A stretch of 37,894 nt of DNA from an uncultured Pseudobdellovibrionaceae bacterium (GTDB lineage Bacteria; Patescibacteriota; Minisyncoccia; Moranbacterales; GCA-2747515): assembly GCA_964565145.1 (NCBI GenBank), contig CAZMCZ010000001.1:29025-66918 (forward strand), in the 5' to 3' direction. Positions 34,225 to 37,894 of this stretch are shown here, one piece after another. The first letter of the stretch is position 1. Every line of letters begins with the position of its first letter. Both the position numbers and the translations under genes were made by a program. The notes beneath the pieces were generated by a model that searched no databases, was not told the origin of the DNA, and worked only from the letters and a program-made list of their open reading frames with translations.

Positions 34225-37200
34225 ATGAATATAAAAAATATTATAAAGGGAGTTGGGGTCAGCGCTTTACTTCTAGCGGTGTTTTTGGTGGTGCCGAGCT
34301 TTGCTTCGGCGGCGAGTTTGAATGTGACAACAATTTATACGAAGAGTGGGGGCATAAAAGGAGCTCTCAACAGTGTCGGTGATTTGGTTAACGGCGTTAA
34401 TGTTTGTCCGGCTGATCCGACGGATGGTTGTGATTTTTCCGATGATCCCGAATACGATAATAACGGAACGGTCAATGACCCATCAGATGACTTTTATACC
34501 GGTGATTTGTTGGTACGGACCAATGATGTTTTTGAGGTTAATGCGGCATGGAGTTGGAGCGGAGTAAAAGACGGACCGGAAGAAGAAGTAACGTTGGTGG
34601 GGACACTGCCAGCCACGGGGGAATTTGCCTGGACCGATGTTCCGGGGAGTTGTGATGCGGGGCAATCCAGCATTTCCGCTGATGGATTGACAATAACCTG
34701 TGTGCGTAATAACTTTACCAATACGGGAACGCACGCCGAGGATTTGCTTTTTACCGCTAAGGTTTTGGGAAGCGCTCCTGACGGCGCAACGCCCGGGGAT
34801 ATTTCTTTCACTATTTCCGGACAAAACGCGACCAGTGTAACCGATGATACGGATGGTAATTCATTAACGGTAACGGCGTCACCGCGATGGAATTTGGATA
34901 AATCCATCTACATCACTCGTGTGGGACAAACGTTTGATGATGATAATGATCCCAATACCCCCGATGTGAATGGATATATTATCAATTATATTTTCTTCAT
35001 TGAAACCGACGAAGTGGATGGAGAGACGGATGATGCTCCGGCACCATTGGGAAATGAATCAATGGGAGATGATGCCACTTTTAGTTTTACCGACCAGATT
35101 GATGAAATAGCGCCCAATGCTCAATTAGTGGATTGTACGATGGAAGGACGATCACCACAGCACGATGGTTATGTGGGCAGTGCGCGACCGGTAACAAAAA
35201 ATGATGGGATTCATAGTCAGTTTCCGGAGCAGACCATTCCGCAGCCCGGTGGGGAACAACAAATTACCTGTACACAAAATGGAACAGATATCAACGTAAC
35301 CGTTAGTCATGTGGACGCCACTTTGGATAACGCGCCAACGCATAGTTATAGCGGTGTGCAACTCCCGGTTAATAGAAAAATTGCCGCTATTGGTTCTATA
35401 AATATTTTTGTGCCTCTTTCTGATGTAGAGGTGGGTCCCGATGGTCAATCCGGGACTTCGGATGATGGCGCCTTACCGACAAAAAATAAATTGAGAAATT
35501 TTGACCCAACTACACCAACGGGGCACTCCAACTTTGGCGCTAATACGGAGAGTGAAATGGATAATGATTATAGCACAACACTCTATGGCATGAGAGGGTC
35601 ATTTGCAAAATACTATCGTGGTGAACAAGCTAGCGTATGGACCTATCCGGGAGGAGCGACGACGGCTCGTAGCGGAGATGGTTTGGTTACTCAGGGTTAT
35701 GAATTTTCAACAACGTTTATAAATAATAACACCGGTGGAACAGACTATACCGAACAAATGTGTGATGTGGTAGATGCTTACAGATTGGAAATCCAAGATA
35801 TTGAAGATAATACCGTTTATAATAATATTAAAACGCATTATACCGATGCGTATCATGATAACACTTCTCCAGTCATGTACCGTGTTTGGAGTGGTTCGGG
35901 AGATTATGCCAATAATCAACCCGTTGGTCCCTATGAGTTTGAATATTCGGCGCGCTATGTTGATAATTCTTGGCTCCCTTCTCGTGGCGGTGACCAAACG
36001 GTAAGTCACAAAACAGAAATAGAGAATGAATGTAATCAAGTAGGTGGTTGGTTTGCCACGGCCGATGACGCACGAGCTGATGCCAGTGGTATTGGAGCAG
36101 TAACAAAAGTGAGAATTAAATTACGTCCTGGAGTAATGCATATTCCGGGGGCCTATACATACTTTTGGCTTAATCATAAAGTGCGAGACAACGATTTGTT
36201 AACGGGAAATCCGTTACAAAACGGCGATGAAATTGTCAATTATTCAGCATGGTCTTTTAATGGGGCGGCCTTTACCGGAGCGGATTATGTTCCTAATGAG
36301 TATCCAAATGCTGTTGCCGGAACCAATGGAGATCGGGTGACGTTTTCCGGAGGGAAGGTGCGCATCAATAAAACCGCTAGTACCGCCAATACTTCTCCCG
36401 GGCAAACAGTGCAATTTACACTGGCGTCAAGTTATACCAACGACACCGGAACCTCAGAAATCGGCCATGTCATTATTAGAGACATAATGCCAAAAGACAT
36501 TACCTATGTCTCCGGCAGTGTTCAGGGAGCTGCGGAGCCAGTCATCGGTAGCTGTAGTGACGTGGATACTTCCATTGCTTGTGATGACAATGACAATCAA
36601 GTTTTGATTTGGGATTTGGGAGATATCAATACACAAGACAGTATTGACGACATTGTTTTTGATGGAAAGGTTTCCACTGTAGCGGCGGCGGGCAATGTAA
36701 CCAATATGTCAACGATTTCTTCTCCGTCCGATGCCAGCGCCATCACGCAGAGAAGATCTTCAGTGGGGCTTAATATCTCTGTGCCATCAACACTCAATAT
36801 TACGAAATCTACCATTGATGTCGGTCCACGAGAGAGAACCACGACCGGACAAGATATCGATTATGAGATTGATATGCGTAACGGGAAGCCGGGACAACTG
36901 ACTAATCTAGATGTCATTGACATCTTGCCTTTTGCCGGTGACGGAAACAATGGCGCCATCACATTTAATAATGGCACAGCACAACGAGATATCAACACCG
37001 ATTACCACGGAACCGATGAATTTGTTTCCATGAACCTTCGTCAACATCCGCAATCCTCGGCTACCTGTGATCTTACTACCAATGGCGGAGTGAAATATTA
37101 TTACACTACCGAGACACCAAGTAATATCAATATCGCACCAACGGTGGGAGCGGGCAATGTGATTGGTGGGGCAAATACGATTTGGGAAGAAGGGACGGCT

Positions 37201-37894
37201 ACGGACCCGCCGGCAGGAATGAACAGGCCGGATATTACAGCGGTGCGCGCATTCGGGCCAGCGATGGCATCTGACGCTATTTGTCAATTACAATTGAAGA
37301 TGCACGTTAACAATAATTTAGCGGGCGATAATTACAGCAACTCGGCCGGCGCTTCGGCAACGGGTGTTGTTTTACCGGTGATGTCTAATTCTGAAACGGT
37401 AACCATTGTGGGAAGCTCTATTGCAAATATGGTATGGGTTGACACTGATGGCGATGGAATCCAAGATGCCGGAGAAGCAGGACTTGCCAATGTGCAGGTG
37501 GCGCTTCTTGACGGAAATGGAAATCCCGTTAAAGATCCCGCAAATCCAACGCAAGATTACATCGTAACCACTGATGCCAATGGAAATTATCTTTTTGAAA
37601 ATTTAAATCAGGGCAATTATCAGGTTCGCTTTAGCACGCCGGCCGGGTATGCGTTTTCACGGGCTGATCAAGGAAGTGATGATACTGTAGATTCTGATGT
37701 CACAACAATCAATGGACAACAGGGAACAACCGACACGATTGTCCTTGGTGTGGATGAAGATAATGACACCGTTGATGCCGGCATGTATGAACCGGTGACA
37801 CTGGGCAATAAAGTATGGCAGGATAATAATACCGATGGCATTCAAGACGCCGGAGAGCCGGGACTGGCCGGGGTAACGGTTAGGTTATTGGATG
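34225..37894 (+). CDS. large secreted adhesin-like protein with DUF11-type repeats and SdrD-B/Cna-B-like repeats (3' end outside the window)
   Basis: It is not in the ORF track because it never reaches a stop. My translation from ATG 34225 stays open to 37894. Signal peptide: MNIKNIIKGVGVSALLLAVFLVVPSFASA. DUF11-like segments occur at about 36350-36730 (KTASTANTSPGQTVQFTL...IIRDIMPKDITYVSGS) and about 36790-37370. SdrD-B-like repeats start at about 37420 (VWVDTDGDGIQDAGEAGLANVQVALLDGNGNPV...TDANGNYLFENLNQGNYQV) and about 37800 (VWQDNNTDGIQDAGEPGLAGVTVRLLD). Confidence 0.88.
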   Translation, partial: MNIKNIIKGVGVSALLLAVFLVVPSFASAASLNVTTIYTKSGGIKGALNSVGDLVNGVNVCPADPTDGCDFSDDPEYDNNGTVNDPSDDFYTGDLLVRTNDVFEVNAAWSWSGVKDGPEEEVTLVGTLPATGEFAWTDVPGSCDAGQSSISADGLTITCVRNNFTNTGTHAEDLLFTAKVLGSAPDGATPGDISFTISGQNATSVTDDTDGNSLTVTASPRWNLDKSIYITRVGQTFDDDNDPNTPDVNGYIINYIFFIETDEVDGETDDAPAPLGNESMGDDATFSFTDQIDEIAPNAQLVDCTMEGRSPQHDGYVGSARPVTKNDGIHSQFPEQTIPQPGGEQQITCTQNGTDINVTVSHVDATLDNAPTHSYSGVQLPVNRKIAAIGSINIFVPLSDVEVGPDGQSGTSDDGALPTKNKLRNFDPTTPTGHSNFGANTESEMDNDYSTTLYGMRGSFAKYYRGEQASVWTYPGGATTARSGDGLVTQGYEFSTTFINNNTGGTDYTEQMCDVVDAYRLEIQDIEDNTVYNNIKTHYTDAYHDNTSPVMYRVWSGSGDYANNQPVGPYEFEYSARYVDNSWLPSRGGDQTVSHKTEIENECNQVGGWFATADDARADASGIGAVTKVRIKLRPGVMHIPGAYTYFWLNHKVRDNDLLTGNPLQNGDEIVNYSAWSFNGAAFTGADYVPNEYPNAVAGTNGDRVTFSGGKVRINKTASTANTSPGQTVQFTLASSYTNDTGTSEIGHVIIRDIMPKDITYVSGSVQGAAEPVIGSCSDVDTSIACDDNDNQVLIWDLGDINTQDSIDDIVFDGKVSTVAAAGNVTNMSTISSPSDASAITQRRSSVGLNISVPSTLNITKSTIDVGPRERTTTGQDIDYEIDMRNGKPGQLTNLDVIDILPFAGDGNNGAITFNNGTAQRDINTDYHGTDEFVSMNLRQHPQSSATCDLTTNGGVKYYYTTETPSNINIAPTVGAGNVIGGANTIWEEGTATDPPAGMNRPDITAVRAFGPAMASDAICQLQLKMHVNNNLAGDNYSNSAGASATGVVLPVMSNSETVTIVGSSIANMVWVDTDGDGIQDAGEAGLANVQVALLDGNGNPVKDPANPTQDYIVTTDANGNYLFENLNQGNYQVRFSTPAGYAFSRADQGSDDTVDSDVTTINGQQGTTDTIVLGVDEDNDTVDAGMYEPVTLGNKVWQDNNTDGIQDAGEPGLAGVTVRLLD

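Noticed and set aside
1-37894. CRISPR arrays, tRNA/rRNA genes, transposases or integrases, DGR or retron elements, toxin-antitoxin pairs
   Set aside because: I found no regularly spaced repeats, no tRNA T-loop/acceptor patterns in the intergenic gaps, no reverse transcriptase or recombinase motifs, and no template/variable repeat pair. This was a scan by eye, so short or degenerate elements could have been missed.
1-37894. Alternative genetic code (UGA recoding, as in some candidate phyla)
   Set aside because: Genes of up to 1,659 codons are uninterrupted under the standard code, and TGA ends the listed 199-aa ORF at 1750-1752. No recoding is needed.

Overview
This is a 37.9-kb bacterial window read with the standard genetic code. 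It holds about 30 protein genes, mostly on the + strand and packed into tight operons. I found no rRNA, tRNA, CRISPR array, transposase or integrase.

Gene order:
- A consensus promoter and a structured RNA leader.
- A four-gene cell-surface cassette: a 249-aa secreted protein, an intrinsic terminator, a 199-aa membrane-anchored protein, a 1,659-aa DUF2341 x2 / LamG-like giant protein, and a 4-TM protein.
- A two-subunit 2-oxoacid:ferredoxin oxidoreductase.
- secG, an orphan family-5 solute-binding protein, and pgi.
- A ribbon-helix-helix / degenerate nucleotidyltransferase fusion followed by manC and manA.
- RNase J with a Lys/Arg-rich N-terminal extension.
- trpS with a stand-alone RnfD/NqrB-like membrane protein.
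- Phosphomannomutase (- strand).
- ychF, a GT-C glycosyltransferase, GtrA and an FAD oxidoreductase.
- A roughly 1.1-kb strongly AT-rich island with one unknown membrane protein, next to an ORF broken at an A5 run.
- A cupin (- strand) and an MsrQ-like heme membrane protein.
- A plasma-membrane-type (P3A-like) H+ P-type ATPase preceded by a 28-codon TM mini-ORF.
- The first 1,223 codons of a DUF11 / SdrD-B-repeat adhesin that runs off the window.

The gene set, the scarcity of Shine-Dalgarno sites and the giant surface proteins suggest a small-genome organism, possibly Patescibacteria/CPR-like. That is inference only.

The best candidates for something undescribed are the promoter-leader-subunit-terminator-giant protein cassette (137-7601) and the RHH-nucleotidyltransferase-fold regulator in front of the GDP-mannose genes. 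All family calls rest on motifs I recognise by eye. No database search was run.
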